Source: Acidimicrobiia bacterium (GTDB lineage Bacteria > Actinomycetota > Acidimicrobiia > IMCC26256 > JAENVU01). From it: a stretch of DNA of 61,698 bases. A program made the position numbers and the translations under genes. The notes under the pieces were generated by a model. That model worked only from the letters and a program-made list of their open reading frames with translations, had not been told where the DNA came from and made no database searches. The stretch is from NCBI GenBank assembly GCA_031430375.1, contig JANPBJ010000183.1, forward strand, positions 1 through 61,698, read 5' to 3'. Below, one piece after another: positions 9,660 through 19,724 of this stretch (positions are counted from its first letter, which is position 1; each line of letters opens with the position of its first letter).

Positions 9660-10940
9660 CTAGGTACGGGCCGCGATGTACTTCGCGTAGCCGTCGGCCA
9701 GCTCCCGCAGTTGAGGGTCTGCGGCGAACTTCGGCTCGAACTTCTCGCGCGCGGCGGCCCGTTTGGCGGGGATGTACTCCGTGGGCCAGTACCCCTCGTG
9801 CGGTCGGTACCCCTTCAGGACGTTGCGGGCGACGGTGGCCTTGTGCACCTCGTCCACTCCGTCGGCGATGCCCATGGTGGGAGCAGCCGCGTACATGGCC
9901 TGGATCGGCGTGAGGTTCGTGGTGCCCAGCGAACCGAGAATGTGCAGCGCGTTGAAGGACACCTCGCGGAGCACCCTGGCCATCGTGTACTTCACGGCCG
10001 CGATATCGGTCCGGGATTCCTGGGTACTCGTGTTGTCGATCTTCCACGCCGTTTCGAGCACGAAAAGGCGCAGCATGCGGATGGACGCGTACGAGTCGGC
10101 GATCTTCTCCTGCACCATCTGGTGGTCGCCGATGATCTTGCCGTGTGACTCGCGGCTGAGCGCGCGCTCGCACATCATGTCGAAGGCGAGCTTGCACTGA
10201 GCGATCGTGCGCATCGCGTGGTGGATGCGACCGCCCCCGAGCCGGCGCTGAGCGAGCACCTTGGCGCCGTCTTCGGGTCCGAGCAGGTGATCGGCGGGCA
10301 CCCGGACGTCGCGGTAGATGATGTGATTATGCGATCGCGGTTCCGGCATGATCTCGACACCTGGCGTATCGCGAGGCACCACGAACATGCCGTTCGTGCA
10401 CATCACGAAGAGAATGTCGGCGGCGCGTCCGGCGCTGGTGAACCACTTCTCGCCATTGATGACCCACTCGTCGCCATCGCGCTCAGCGTGCGTCCTGAAC
10501 AAGTTCGGATCCGATCCACCCTGGGGCTCGGTCATCGAATACGCCGACCAGATCTCTTGGTTCAGCATCGGTACGAGCCAACGCTGCTTTTGCTCGTCGG
10601 TGCCGTACGCCGCGAGCATCTCCATGTTCCCGGTGTCGGGCGCGGCAGAGCCGAAGATCTGGGGCGCGGAGCCGTAGCGACCGAGGATCTCGTTGAGGAG
10701 GCCGAGCTTGAGTTGGCCGAAGCCGGGACCGCCGAGCTCCTCGTCGAGGAAGATCGCCCACAATCCCTGGGCCTTGACCTCATCTTGTAAGGGCTTGACG
10801 AGAGCCTTGATTTTCGGGTCCTTCGACCGCACCGCATAAGGGAAGATCAGGTCGAGCGGCTCAACTTCTTCTCGACAGAACTCGTCGACCCAATCGAGCT
10901 TCTTCTGGAACTCTGGCTCAGTGGAGAAATCCCAACCCAT
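9660..10940 (-). CDS. Acyl-CoA dehydrogenase family protein
   Basis: APDTGNME, YSMTEP..GSD, WVINGEKWFTS, QRRLGGGRIHH, IADGVDEVH. Confidence 0.93.
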   Translation of the reverse strand: MGWDFSTEPEFQKKLDWVDEFCREEVEPLDLIFPYAVRSKDPKIKALVKPLQDEVKAQGLWAIFLDEELGGPGFGQLKLGLLNEILGRYGSAPQIFGSAAPDTGNMEMLAAYGTDEQKQRWLVPMLNQEIWSAYSMTEPQGGSDPNLFRTHAERDGDEWVINGEKWFTSAGRAADILFVMCTNGMFVVPRDTPGVEIMPEPRSHNHIIYRDVRVPADHLLGPEDGAKVLAQRRLGGGRIHHAMRTIAQCKLAFDMMCERALSRESHGKIIGDHQMVQEKIADSYASIRMLRLFVLETAWKIDNTSTQESRTDIAAVKYTMARVLREVSFNALHILGSLGTTNLTPIQAMYAAAPTMGIADGVDEVHKATVARNVLKGYRPHEGYWPTEYIPAKRAAAREKFEPKFAADPQLRELADGYAKYIAART

Positions 10941-10979
10941 GGGTCACGTACTTTCCGGTGAGGCGGCGAGAGGGCGCGA

Positions 10980-11223
10980 TCATATGGGTTCGATCACGAA
11001 GCGCTGCACGGGGCGGTCATCCAAGATCTCGTCACGGAACGGGACGGGAATGGCGGCCCGCCAGAACGCCGTCGCGTGGGTGTTGGCGGCGAGCTGTCGG
11101 ACCTGCCACTCGCCGGGGAACCTCGCGAAGATGTCGTGTGCGGCGCGCTGCGCGATGCCGCGGCGGCTGCCAGAGCACGGTCTTGTCCTCGAACGCGGCC
11201 GGCGTCACATCAACCTCGACCAT
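10980..11223 (-). pseudogene. GNAT acetyltransferase remnant with internal deletion and frameshift
   Basis: Own translation. N-terminus MVEVDVTPAAFEDKTVLWQ joins out of frame to RRGIAQRAAHDIFARFPGEWQVRQLAANTHATAFWRAAI...VQRF* (acetyl-CoA motif R-R-G-I and N..A..FW). The central part is missing. Confidence 0.7.
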
Positions 11224-11338
11224 GCGTGCAGTCTCGCGTGCCCCTGGGAGATCGATGGTGTAATTCACCCGTCGGAAGCTCCGGTGATCGTCCACGTAGG
11301 GTGAGGTTCGCAGATCCGGGTGAATCACGGAGGTGTCC

Positions 11339-11797
11339 ATGTACAAAGCCGCGATCCGAATGTTGATCCGCCGCAATATCCGGTTGTTGAACGAGGGTCG
11401 CCACGAGCCATCGTTGGCGATGTTCGCCTCGGACGCGACGCTGGTGTTTCCGGGCGACAACTCCTGGGCGCGGATGTACCGGGAGCCGCACCCGAGCGAA
11501 GCGCCATTCGTGACGCATCGGGGCACGGCCGAGATCGCGGCGTTCCTCCAACGCTTCGTTGCGCATGGCATCCAGATGCACGTCGACGACATTCTCGTGA
11601 ACGGTCCGCCGTGGAATACGCGGGCCGCCGTGCGGGTCCACCACGGGATCGTGGATGAGCACGGCAACGAGACGTATTCCAATCGCGCGGTCTTGATGGT
11701 GCGAACCACCTGGGGGAAGGTGCGCGAGCAAGAGGACTACGAGGACACGGAACGGGTGGCCGCGTTCGACGCGCGCGTGACGGAAACCAGCGCCTGA
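11339..11797 (+). CDS. SnoaL-like / NTF2-family protein
   Basis: FASDATLVFPGDNSW, HRG..EI..F, NGPPWN, WGKVREQEDYEDT. GGAGG SD upstream. Confidence 0.8.
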   Translation: MYKAAIRMLIRRNIRLLNEGRHEPSLAMFASDATLVFPGDNSWARMYREPHPSEAPFVTHRGTAEIAAFLQRFVAHGIQMHVDDILVNGPPWNTRAAVRVHHGIVDEHGNETYSNRAVLMVRTTWGKVREQEDYEDTERVAAFDARVTETSA

Positions 11798-11818
11798 GGG
11801 CACTGATATCGTGCGCCA

Positions 11819-12841
11819 ATGACGCCCGAGCCCGGCATCCTCGGGTCACCAAACGTGGTCTTTCTCATTGGTGCACCGCGCAGCGGAACCACATGGCTGC
11901 AGTCGCTGTTGGGCTCGAACTCTGCCGTGGTCACGCCCCAGGAAACCGACCTTTTCTCCACGTTCATTGCCCCGCTCCAGACGTGGTGGGATGCCCAACT
12001 CGGGCGCACTTCGTCGGAGCATGTGGCCCGGAGGACCAAAGGCCTGCCCGCGGTCCTTGACGATGCTCAGTTCACGGAACTCCTTGCCGCTCTGATCGCC
12101 ACAGTGCTCGACGCGATTCAGGAACTCAAGCCGGCGGCCACAGTCATTGTCGAGAAGAGCCCCGCGCATAGTCACCATGTGGCACTCATTCAAAAGCATC
12201 TGCCGGACGCGACATTCCTGCATCTCGTGCGCGACGGCCGGGACGTGGTTGCATCGCTGCAATCAGCGTCGCGCGGGTGGGGTAGTTACTGGGCACCCGG
12301 ATCGCTGAAGAATGCCGCGACGATGTGGAAGACGAATGTGCTGGCGGCGCGTGGCGCCAAGGACACGCCCGGATACGTTGAGGTCCGATACGAGGCGCTG
12401 CGTGCGGGTGATTCGGAACCGTTGCAGCGCGCCTTCGTCAGTTGTGGCGTCGAGCTCGCGGCTCACGAGTGCAACGCACTGCTCGAGGAGTTCTCGCTCG
12501 CCCGAATGGCAACGGGCGAGGTCGCGAGCCCGATCGCGGTGGGCGGCGACCTTTCGGGTGTCGGTGATCGCCGCGAACCAGAGGGCTTCTACGGGAAGGG
12601 CGCGGTGGGTGGTTGGTCGGCGTCGTGGTCGGCTCAGGACCGGCTGTTGTTCGACGCAGTGGCCGGCGATCTGCTCATCGATCTCGGATACGAACCTGAT
12701 CACGCCTGGGCCGGGTCGCCCGGCCGGCGTGCTTGGTATGCACGTCGGTCGGCCTTCACGCGTGGAGTGGCGAAAGTTGGGCGTCGGGTGGGGAACCGAC
12801 TCGTCCGTCGATCGACGCGCGCGCTCTCGCGAGTCGCCTAG
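11819..12841 (+). CDS. PAPS-dependent sulfotransferase
   Basis: 5'-PSB GAPRSGTTWL, EKSP, 3'-PB HLVRDGRDVVAS, VRYE, KG..GGW. Confidence 0.9.
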   Translation: MTPEPGILGSPNVVFLIGAPRSGTTWLQSLLGSNSAVVTPQETDLFSTFIAPLQTWWDAQLGRTSSEHVARRTKGLPAVLDDAQFTELLAALIATVLDAIQELKPAATVIVEKSPAHSHHVALIQKHLPDATFLHLVRDGRDVVASLQSASRGWGSYWAPGSLKNAATMWKTNVLAARGAKDTPGYVEVRYEALRAGDSEPLQRAFVSCGVELAAHECNALLEEFSLARMATGEVASPIAVGGDLSGVGDRREPEGFYGKGAVGGWSASWSAQDRLLFDAVAGDLLIDLGYEPDHAWAGSPGRRAWYARRSAFTRGVAKVGRRVGNRLVRRSTRALSRVA

Positions 12842-12842
12842 A

Positions 12843-12887
12843 GGGCGAGCGGATAGGAAACTCCTGCCACTCAGATTGCGCTCGCCC
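12843..12887. terminator. Inverted repeat between convergent genes (possible terminator)
   Basis: GGGCGAGCG (12843-12851) pairs with CGCTCGCCC (12879-12887), right after the sulfotransferase stop. Confidence 0.4.
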
Positions 12888-12928
12888 GTGGCCCGAGCGG
12901 CCCGTGAACGAAGTGAACAAGAGCGGGA
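12886..12928. repeat. REP-like element, related to the copies at 54945 and 55036
   Basis: CCGTGGCCCGAGCGGCC...AGAGCGGGA is shared with the 54.9-55.1 kb repeats; the middle differs. Confidence 0.6.
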
Positions 12929-12961
12929 AATCAGTTTGGCGCACCCTCTGGGATCGCGACG

Positions 12962-13963
12962 CTATGACTCGTCGAGCCACGTGGTGGTGGGGCGAATCAG
13001 CCGGCGGATCGAGCTGATCGCTTGGCGGAACCGTGAACCCTGTGGTGCCTCGGCTCGGAGCGCATGCCAGAAGAAGGTGGCTGCGGTTTGCCGTTGACCG
13101 CGGGCCGCGAGGCTGGACGCGATCGCAAAGACATCTCGGGTGTACCCACGGGCTCCTTGGCGCCACAGCTCGGGGAGATGGCGTTCCAGGACCGCGAGGT
13201 GGGCGCGGCCTTGCTCCTTCTTGGCGTCGCTGAGGCTCCCGGCACGAACCCGGTAGTACCCGAGCGGTTCGTCGACGAAACCGACGCGGGCCCCGGAGAG
13301 GATGAACCGAGTCCACAACTCGTAGTCCTCGGCACCCTCGATGCTGGGTCCGCGGCCAGCCTTCGCGTGGCCCTCGTAGCTCGCGCCGCGCCGTGTTCCT
13401 TCGGCGAAGATCCCGCATCGTTCGATGAGGACGCGGCGGAACAACACGCCGATGAAGAGAAAGTTCAGCCGGGCGATCTCACAAATCTGGTCGTCTTCGG
13501 AAGCGGGGAACGGCCGACGGCGTCGATCGGGATAGGACCGCTTCTCGGTGGGGGTGAAGTCCTCCATGAGATAGGAGTCGCTGGTGACGATCTCGAGATC
13601 GGGCCGGGCGTCGAAGGGCTTCATCAGTTGTTCCAGCCGATGGGACAACCAGATGTCATCCGCGTCGAGCAGACCGAAGAAGGCGCCACTCGCGGCGCGC
13701 ATCCCCGCATTGCGGGCACCGGCGAGGCCACGGTTCTCTTGGTCGACGAGCACGATGCGTGACGCATACGGAGCGATGGCTGCGGCGGTGTCGTCGGTGG
13801 AACCGTCGTTGACGACGACGACCTCCACGTTCGGATAGGTCTGGGCCAGCGCCGACTCGATCGCAGCTGCCACGTAAGGGGCCACGTTGTATGCGGGGAT
13901 AATGACCGAGACGAGGGGCCGAGAATCCACGGTGTCGGGACGAGCTTCTGCGGTAGGAACCAC
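12962..13963 (-). CDS. Glycosyltransferase family 2
   Basis: VSVIIPAYN, VVNDGSTD, NRGLAGARN, LDADD, EDYELW. Confidence 0.93.
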   Translation of the reverse strand: MVPTAEARPDTVDSRPLVSVIIPAYNVAPYVAAAIESALAQTYPNVEVVVVNDGSTDDTAAAIAPYASRIVLVDQENRGLAGARNAGMRAASGAFFGLLDADDIWLSHRLEQLMKPFDARPDLEIVTSDSYLMEDFTPTEKRSYPDRRRRPFPASEDDQICEIARLNFLFIGVLFRRVLIERCGIFAEGTRRGASYEGHAKAGRGPSIEGAEDYELWTRFILSGARVGFVDEPLGYYRVRAGSLSDAKKEQGRAHLAVLERHLPELWRQGARGYTRDVFAIASSLAARGQRQTAATFFWHALRAEAPQGSRFRQAISSIRRLIRPTTTWLDES

Positions 13964-14731
13964 TCAGCTCGAGGTTTCCGCGGCCGCCTTACGAATCACG
14001 ATGTACTCCCACTTCTCTTCGACCCAGGTGCGTTCAACCGTGGCCCGCGGCGCGAGCTCGTCGCCCACATTCGTGCGCGTCCCCGGCCGCCAGATCATGA
14101 ACGCACCGTCGACGACTTCGAAGTTCCACTGATGCATCCCGCGGTACTGCTCCCGCACCGCCTCGTTCGGGTGATGCACCAGCACAAGCGGAGCGCCGGG
14201 TTTTGCACACCTGAGCATCTCGTTGATTGCCCGAACCGGGTCATAGGAGTGGTCGAGGGTGTTGCGCGCCGCGACGAGATCGAAACTATCGGCGGGCAGC
14301 ACGGTGGAGAGCTGTTCGCTCTCGCATGCCTGGGTGCGTACCGGCGGGGTGACGCCCGCGGCGTCCAGCAGTTCGCCGTACTGGCGACCCAGGGCATCCA
14401 CCGCAGTGATGTCGAGCGTGAGTTCAGGGTGCTGTCTGCCGAGAAATGTGAGCGGCCCCGCGCCCACATCGAGCAGCTTCACCGTGGAGCCACTCGGGGC
14501 ATCGAGCAACGCGGCGATCTCGGTTTGGAGCGGGAGCTCCGCGTTGAATGCTCGCTCGTAGCTCCCGGGGAATCGCTCGCCTTTCGTGGTGAGCCAGTTC
14601 CGCCAGAATCCAACCTCCCCGTCGATCGCGGCCTGCCATGCAACCTCCGGGGCTTGATTGGCGCCGCTCTGTGGGGGTTTGGTCCCCGCCATGCGGGAAC
14701 GGATCGCTTGGAGCCAGGCTGGTCGTTTCAC
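13964..14731 (-). CDS. Class I SAM-dependent methyltransferase
   Basis: LDVGAGP, FDLV..RNTLDH, KPG. Probable leaderless GTG at 14731 (TAACTT 7 nt upstream); alternative ATG at 14692. Confidence 0.85.
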   Translation of the reverse strand: MKRPAWLQAIRSRMAGTKPPQSGANQAPEVAWQAAIDGEVGFWRNWLTTKGERFPGSYERAFNAELPLQTEIAALLDAPSGSTVKLLDVGAGPLTFLGRQHPELTLDITAVDALGRQYGELLDAAGVTPPVRTQACESEQLSTVLPADSFDLVAARNTLDHSYDPVRAINEMLRCAKPGAPLVLVHHPNEAVREQYRGMHQWNFEVVDGAFMIWRPGTRTNVGDELAPRATVERTWVEEKWEYIVIRKAAAETSS

Positions 14732-14786
14732 GACGGAAAAGTTAGCCGCCGGACCCGACCGCTCCGACCGTGGTGGTGCTGCGGGA

Positions 14787-15704
14787 TCAGGACGCTCGGC
14801 GGTGGGCTTCGGAATGGTCCCAGTCGGCGAGCAGGGTGCGGATCGCGGTGAGCAGGATGAGTGGCTCGTCAAGCATCGCGTGGTGACCGGCCTCGGGGAT
14901 CTCGATGATCGGAGTGACGCGCCCGAGCTGTTCGTACATCGATGCGCCGATGTCGTCGGTGACGAGCCCGTTCTCCGACTGCAACACCGCGAGTCGGCAC
15001 GTGACGTGATCGAGGTAGGGGAGCGCGATCGAACGCATCCCCCCACCGAATTGTTCGAAGATACGACGATCGAACTTCCATTGGAACCCGCCGTCCACCG
15101 GGGCGAGTGAGCTCCGTGCCACGTGGTCCATCACGTAATCGAGATAGTGCGCCTGTCCCGGTATGGTGCGAAACCGGGCGACGGCCTCGTCGATGGTCGC
15201 GTAGGTGCGAGGGTGCCCGAACGCTTCGCGTAGGTGGTACGCGCCGATCTCCGGGTCGGGTTGCGTCACCGGCGAGTCGCACACGATCACGCCGCTGATG
15301 TGTTCCGCATGGCGCGCGGCGGTGGCGATGGTGACGAAGCCGCCCATGCTGTGACCAATCAGTACGGGCGGTCCACTGATCTGGCCCGCGGCGGCGACCG
15401 CAATCACCTCGTCGGTCCACTGTTCGAGCGAGTACTCGTCACGGTGCGTGCTGTCGCCGTGGCCGGAGAGGTCGATCGCGACCACGCGAAACTCTTCGGC
15501 GAAGGTGGCGGCCACGTGGGTCCACCAGTGCGCGTGTGCGCCACCACCGTGCACGAACACGAGGCCGCGGGTATTCGGTTCTCCCCATGCGAGTGATCGG
15601 ACCGGGCCGTCGACATCGACGGTGATCTCGGTGAACGGCACCGAGAGCGCGCGGCGAAACCACTCCGGCGCATCGGGAAGGGGAACGTAGGTCGAGGTTG
15701 TCAT
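14787..15704 (-). CDS. Alpha/beta hydrolase
   Basis: FVHGGGAH, DLSGHGDS, GHSMGG nucleophile elbow, AGHH. Confidence 0.92.
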   Translation of the reverse strand: MTTSTYVPLPDAPEWFRRALSVPFTEITVDVDGPVRSLAWGEPNTRGLVFVHGGGAHAHWWTHVAATFAEEFRVVAIDLSGHGDSTHRDEYSLEQWTDEVIAVAAAGQISGPPVLIGHSMGGFVTIATAARHAEHISGVIVCDSPVTQPDPEIGAYHLREAFGHPRTYATIDEAVARFRTIPGQAHYLDYVMDHVARSSLAPVDGGFQWKFDRRIFEQFGGGMRSIALPYLDHVTCRLAVLQSENGLVTDDIGASMYEQLGRVTPIIEIPEAGHHAMLDEPLILLTAIRTLLADWDHSEAHRRAS

Positions 15705-15750
15705 CGCTCTTGAGGCTACGGCGGTTCGGGCGCGTGCGAAGATCCGACTC

Positions 15751-16515
15751 ATGACCCAGGACCGCTCACTTGCCGAAGAACTCGAGTTCGCGCTCGCATT
15801 GGCGGATCGAGCGAGTGTCGCCGCGCTCGCGGAGCAGGCCAAGGGTGTGCACGTCCACACGAAGCCGGACGGGTCGCCGGTCACGAACGTGGATCACGCG
15901 GTCGACGACCTACTGACCGCGGCGCTCCGCGCGGATCGAACGGACGACGCGATCTTGAGCGAAGAGTCGGGAACTCACGGCTGGGGGAGCCGTCGATGGA
16001 TTCTCGATCCGGTGGACGGAACCTTCAACTTGGTGCGGGGACATCCGCATTGGGGAGTGCACGTGGCGTTGGAAGTGAACCGTGAGATCGTGGTGGGGGT
16101 GGTGACGCGGCCGCTACTAGGTCTGCGGTGGTGGGCGACGCTGGGGGGCGGAGCGTTCCGCGGGGCGCTGAGCACCGGCGACGCACCGACTCGGTTGCAG
16201 GTGTCGTCAACCGCCGACCCGGGGCAGAGTCGGGTGTCGACGTGGACCGATGCAGGCGACGTCATTGCTCACGCGCAGAGAATCGCGATCTGGCAAAAGT
16301 TCGATATGAACGACATCCTTGCGGTCGCGGAGGGTGATCTCGACGCGGTGATCGCGTCGCCCGGTGAGATATGGGATCACGCGCCGAACCTGCTCCTGGT
16401 GGAGGAGGCCGGCGGCCGGTTCCACGATGGTCACGGAGGTCGACGCATCGACCTCGGCCGTGGGCACTACACCAACGGCGCAGTTGACGGCGGCTTGGCG
16501 TCCCTGATCGGGTGA
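15751..16515 (+). CDS. Inositol monophosphatase family protein (HisN-like)
   Basis: KPDGSPVT..D, SEE, WILDPVDGT, WD....LLVEEAGG. Confidence 0.88.
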   Translation: MTQDRSLAEELEFALALADRASVAALAEQAKGVHVHTKPDGSPVTNVDHAVDDLLTAALRADRTDDAILSEESGTHGWGSRRWILDPVDGTFNLVRGHPHWGVHVALEVNREIVVGVVTRPLLGLRWWATLGGGAFRGALSTGDAPTRLQVSSTADPGQSRVSTWTDAGDVIAHAQRIAIWQKFDMNDILAVAEGDLDAVIASPGEIWDHAPNLLLVEEAGGRFHDGHGGRRIDLGRGHYTNGAVDGGLASLIG

Positions 16516-16549
16516 TCGCTTGGTAGCCGTCGAACCGGGCGAATGGGTT

Positions 16550-16571
16550 GGTCGTACCCCTCGCGTACGCT
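16550..16571 (+). promoter_or_regulatory. Candidate PafBC/RecA-NDp-like DNA-damage promoter
   Basis: GGTCGT-N10-TACGCT, 6 nt before in-frame GTG 16578. The mycobacterial consensus is TGTCGG-N10-TANNNT. Confidence 0.45.
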
Positions 16572-16577
16572 GCCGCG

Positions 16578-19500
16578 GTGATCGATTCGGTGCAGGGCGT
16601 GGGCTACGGCCGAGCGGCAACCGACGCGCTCGACGCGCTCATTCGTGAGGTCCAGGCGGCCGATCCACTCGCGGCGGTCACGGTTGTGGTGCCGTCGAAC
16701 TCGGCCGGACTCGCCGCCCGCCGGGTCTTGGGTGCGAGCCGGGGCTTGGTCAACGTTGCCTTTGTGACCCCTTTCGGCCTCGCCCAACGGCTGGGCGGAG
16801 CGCGCTCGGCTGCGGCGGGGCAACAGCCTCTCACCGACCCGGTGTTGGTCGCGGCCATTCGCGTGGAGTTGCGAGCCGACGCGGGATTCTTCGCACCGGT
16901 CGCATTCCATGCCGCAACGGAAACCGCGTTGGCATCTCGGTATGCGGAGTTGTCGCGAGCGCGTCCCGAGACTTTGGAGCGGCTGCGCGGCGCCGGTACG
17001 CCGCGTACGAGAGCTCTCGTCGATCTGTTTGGCCGGGTTCGCGCCCGGCTCTCGGGATTTTCCGATGAAGACACCTTGGCGCGCAACGCGCTCACGGCGG
17101 TCGGAGCCGGTGATGCAGTAGTGATCGCGCTGGGAACGGTGATCGTGCACCTCGTGCAACCGTTGGCGCCCGCGCTCACTGACCTGCTGGCGGCTGTGAC
17201 CCGTTCCGCTCCCAGCCGTTTGATCGCTGGACTCACCGGCGACCGTGCGGCGGATGAGCCGGTGCGTCTGCAGTGCGAGCGCATCGGCGCAGGCCTGGCA
17301 GTTCCGTCGACACTTTCCGTCGTCACCGGCACCCGGATCCTGACCGCGTCCGACGTCGACGAGGAGGTGCGTGCCGTCCTGCGCGAAGTCATCAACATCG
17401 CCGCATCGGGGGTGGCGTTCGATCGCATGGCAATTCTGATGCCGTCCGTGGAGCCCTACGCTCGCACGCTGCACGCGCAACTTGATGCCGCGGGCATCGC
17501 GTACAACGGACCCGCGGTTCGTCGCCTGTCCGACACCATCGCCGGGCGGACCCTCACCCGACTCGTTCGCATGGTCGACTCGAAGTTCGCTCGCGACGAG
17601 GTGGTGGCGTTTCTGGCGGCCGCGCCGCTGCGAACGAGCGACGACCGTTCAGTGCCAGTCGATCATTGGGACCAGATCTCGCGGCGCGCCGGTGTGGTGG
17701 GTGGCGACGATTGGCAGCCGCGCTTGGCGGACTACGCCGCGGAGATGGCGGAGCGCGCCGAGAGCCGCGAGCGTGCTGGTGGGGGCGCCGTTCTGGGATT
17801 GCGGCGCGACGCGTCGGCCGCGGTCGCTCTGGCCGCGTTTGTGGCTGGTGTGCGGACGCGTTTGCTCGATCTCGAGTCCACCCAAGGCTGGGGACCGCGC
17901 TCCACGGTTGCGCAGGAGGTACTCGTTGCCCTTCTTGGCGCAGCAGAAACGCGCGAGCGGTGGCCCGCCGAGGAACAGGACTCCTTCGCGGCGGTGATCG
18001 CAGCCCTCGATCGGTTGGCTGCACTCGATGCCATCGAGCCCAACTCTCCATTCGGAGCCTTCGCCCGCGCGCTTGACGCAGAGCTTGATGTAGCGATCGG
18101 CCGGGTCGGCCGCTTCGGACGGGGCGTGCTGTGTGCGTCCATCGGCACCGGACTGGGGCTCGACCTCGATGCTGTGTTCATGCTCGGGCTGGCCGAGGGA
18201 CTCTGCCCTGCGCCGCGGCGAGAGGATGCCCTGCTCGCCGATGCTGACCGTGCACTCGCGGTGGAGCAGGAGCTTCCGGTCCGCACGGTTTCGCTCGGAG
18301 AACAACGACGACAGTTTCTCGCAGCGCTGGGAGCTGGCGGCAAGCATCGGGTGCTGTCGTATCCGCGTGGCGATCTGCGCTCCGGGCGGGAGCGCCTCCC
18401 CTCCCGGTGGTTGCTCGAGTCCGCGTCGGCGCTCGCGGCGCAGCGTGTATTCGCCAGCGATTTCGCAACGCTCGACCACGAAGTGGGTGTCCACGCGACC
18501 GCGTCATTCGCTTCCGGGCTCGCGGCTTGGAATGACGCTCCGTCGCTGATTGAACACGATCTGGGTCTGCTGTCCACCTTCGTTGCCGGAGGAGGTGAAC
18601 TCCGTGCTCATGCTCTCGTCGCGGGCTCGGCCGTGGCTGCCGGTGTCGACGCCACTCGCGGCCGGATGGGACCCGCGTTCAGTCGATGGGATGGCAATGT
18701 CAACGCGGTGCGCGAGCGCGTTGCCACGCCGGGTTCGGGCGAGGTGGTTTCGGCGACGCGCCTAGAGACTTGGGCGCAGTGCCCGTTCTCGTACCTGCTC
18801 AAGCATGTCGTGCGAGTACCGGTGGAAGAGGATCCCGAGCGCCTCCTCGAACTCTCGCCTCGCGTTCGCGGCACCCTCGTGCATGAGATCCTGGAACTGT
18901 TCATCGCCGAGGAGCTCGCGAAGCCCGAGCCCGACCGCGTGCCGGTGGGCGAGCCGTGGCCCGACCGTTCCGGCGATCGGATGGCAGAGTTGCTCGATCA
19001 CGCCGGAGCTGTCGCCGAGGATCGAGGGCTCACGGGGAAGGCCGCGTTGTGGGCATTGCATCGCGAGGAGATCGAAGCCGATCTTCGGAGATTTCTCGAC
19101 AACGACAGCGAGAATCGGATGCGCACGGGGGCAGTGCCGGAGTCGGTGGAGATGGCCTTCGGGTTCGATGGCGCGGCGCCGGTGACGATCACGACCCCGA
19201 GTGGTCGAGCGGTTCGTTTCCGGGGTCGGGCGGATCGCATCGACCGAACGCCCGATGGAGCGATCACGGTGCTGGACTACAAGACGGGTGCGGCCAAGAA
19301 GTACGAGGGACTCGACGATGATCCGGTGAAGGCCGGACTGCGGCTCCAGCTTCCGGTGTATGCGGCCGCGGCGCGCCAGATGCGAGGGCCGACAGCGGAC
19401 CACGTGGTGGTGGCCGCGGCATATTGGTATGTGAGCACCCGCGGCGGGTTTGCGCGCGAACAGGTGGCGCTCGACGCGGTGACGAGTGAACGGTTCGGCG

Positions 19501-19724
19501 TGGTGGTCGACCACATCGCCGACGGTATCGACGCGGGCACGTTCCCAGCAGTCCCGGGGGAGTGGAACTCGTTCTTTGGTCGCAGCACCAACTGTCGGTG
19601 GTGCGAATACGATCGGCTGTGCAGCGCAGATCGCATTGGGCAATGGGAGACCAAGGCCGATGCTCCCGAGTTGGAGCCCTTCCACTCGTTGGCACCGGTA
19701 CCGCCCGAGGTCCACGAGCCATGA
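16578..19724 (+). CDS. addB: AddB/AdnA-like subunit: degenerate helicase plus PD-(D/E)XK nuclease with 4-Cys Fe-S motif
   Basis: No Walker A. SATRLETWAQCPF, RGTLVH, GRADRID..VLDYKTG, LQLPVY, CRWCEYDRLC. ATGA overlap with the next gene. Confidence 0.8.
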   Translation: MIDSVQGVGYGRAATDALDALIREVQAADPLAAVTVVVPSNSAGLAARRVLGASRGLVNVAFVTPFGLAQRLGGARSAAAGQQPLTDPVLVAAIRVELRADAGFFAPVAFHAATETALASRYAELSRARPETLERLRGAGTPRTRALVDLFGRVRARLSGFSDEDTLARNALTAVGAGDAVVIALGTVIVHLVQPLAPALTDLLAAVTRSAPSRLIAGLTGDRAADEPVRLQCERIGAGLAVPSTLSVVTGTRILTASDVDEEVRAVLREVINIAASGVAFDRMAILMPSVEPYARTLHAQLDAAGIAYNGPAVRRLSDTIAGRTLTRLVRMVDSKFARDEVVAFLAAAPLRTSDDRSVPVDHWDQISRRAGVVGGDDWQPRLADYAAEMAERAESRERAGGGAVLGLRRDASAAVALAAFVAGVRTRLLDLESTQGWGPRSTVAQEVLVALLGAAETRERWPAEEQDSFAAVIAALDRLAALDAIEPNSPFGAFARALDAELDVAIGRVGRFGRGVLCASIGTGLGLDLDAVFMLGLAEGLCPAPRREDALLADADRALAVEQELPVRTVSLGEQRRQFLAALGAGGKHRVLSYPRGDLRSGRERLPSRWLLESASALAAQRVFASDFATLDHEVGVHATASFASGLAAWNDAPSLIEHDLGLLSTFVAGGGELRAHALVAGSAVAAGVDATRGRMGPAFSRWDGNVNAVRERVATPGSGEVVSATRLETWAQCPFSYLLKHVVRVPVEEDPERLLELSPRVRGTLVHEILELFIAEELAKPEPDRVPVGEPWPDRSGDRMAELLDHAGAVAEDRGLTGKAALWALHREEIEADLRRFLDNDSENRMRTGAVPESVEMAFGFDGAAPVTITTPSGRAVRFRGRADRIDRTPDGAITVLDYKTGAAKKYEGLDDDPVKAGLRLQLPVYAAAARQMRGPTADHVVVAAAYWYVSTRGGFAREQVALDAVTSERFGVVVDHIADGIDAGTFPAVPGEWNSFFGRSTNCRWCEYDRLCSADRIGQWETKADAPELEPFHSLAPVPPEVHEP

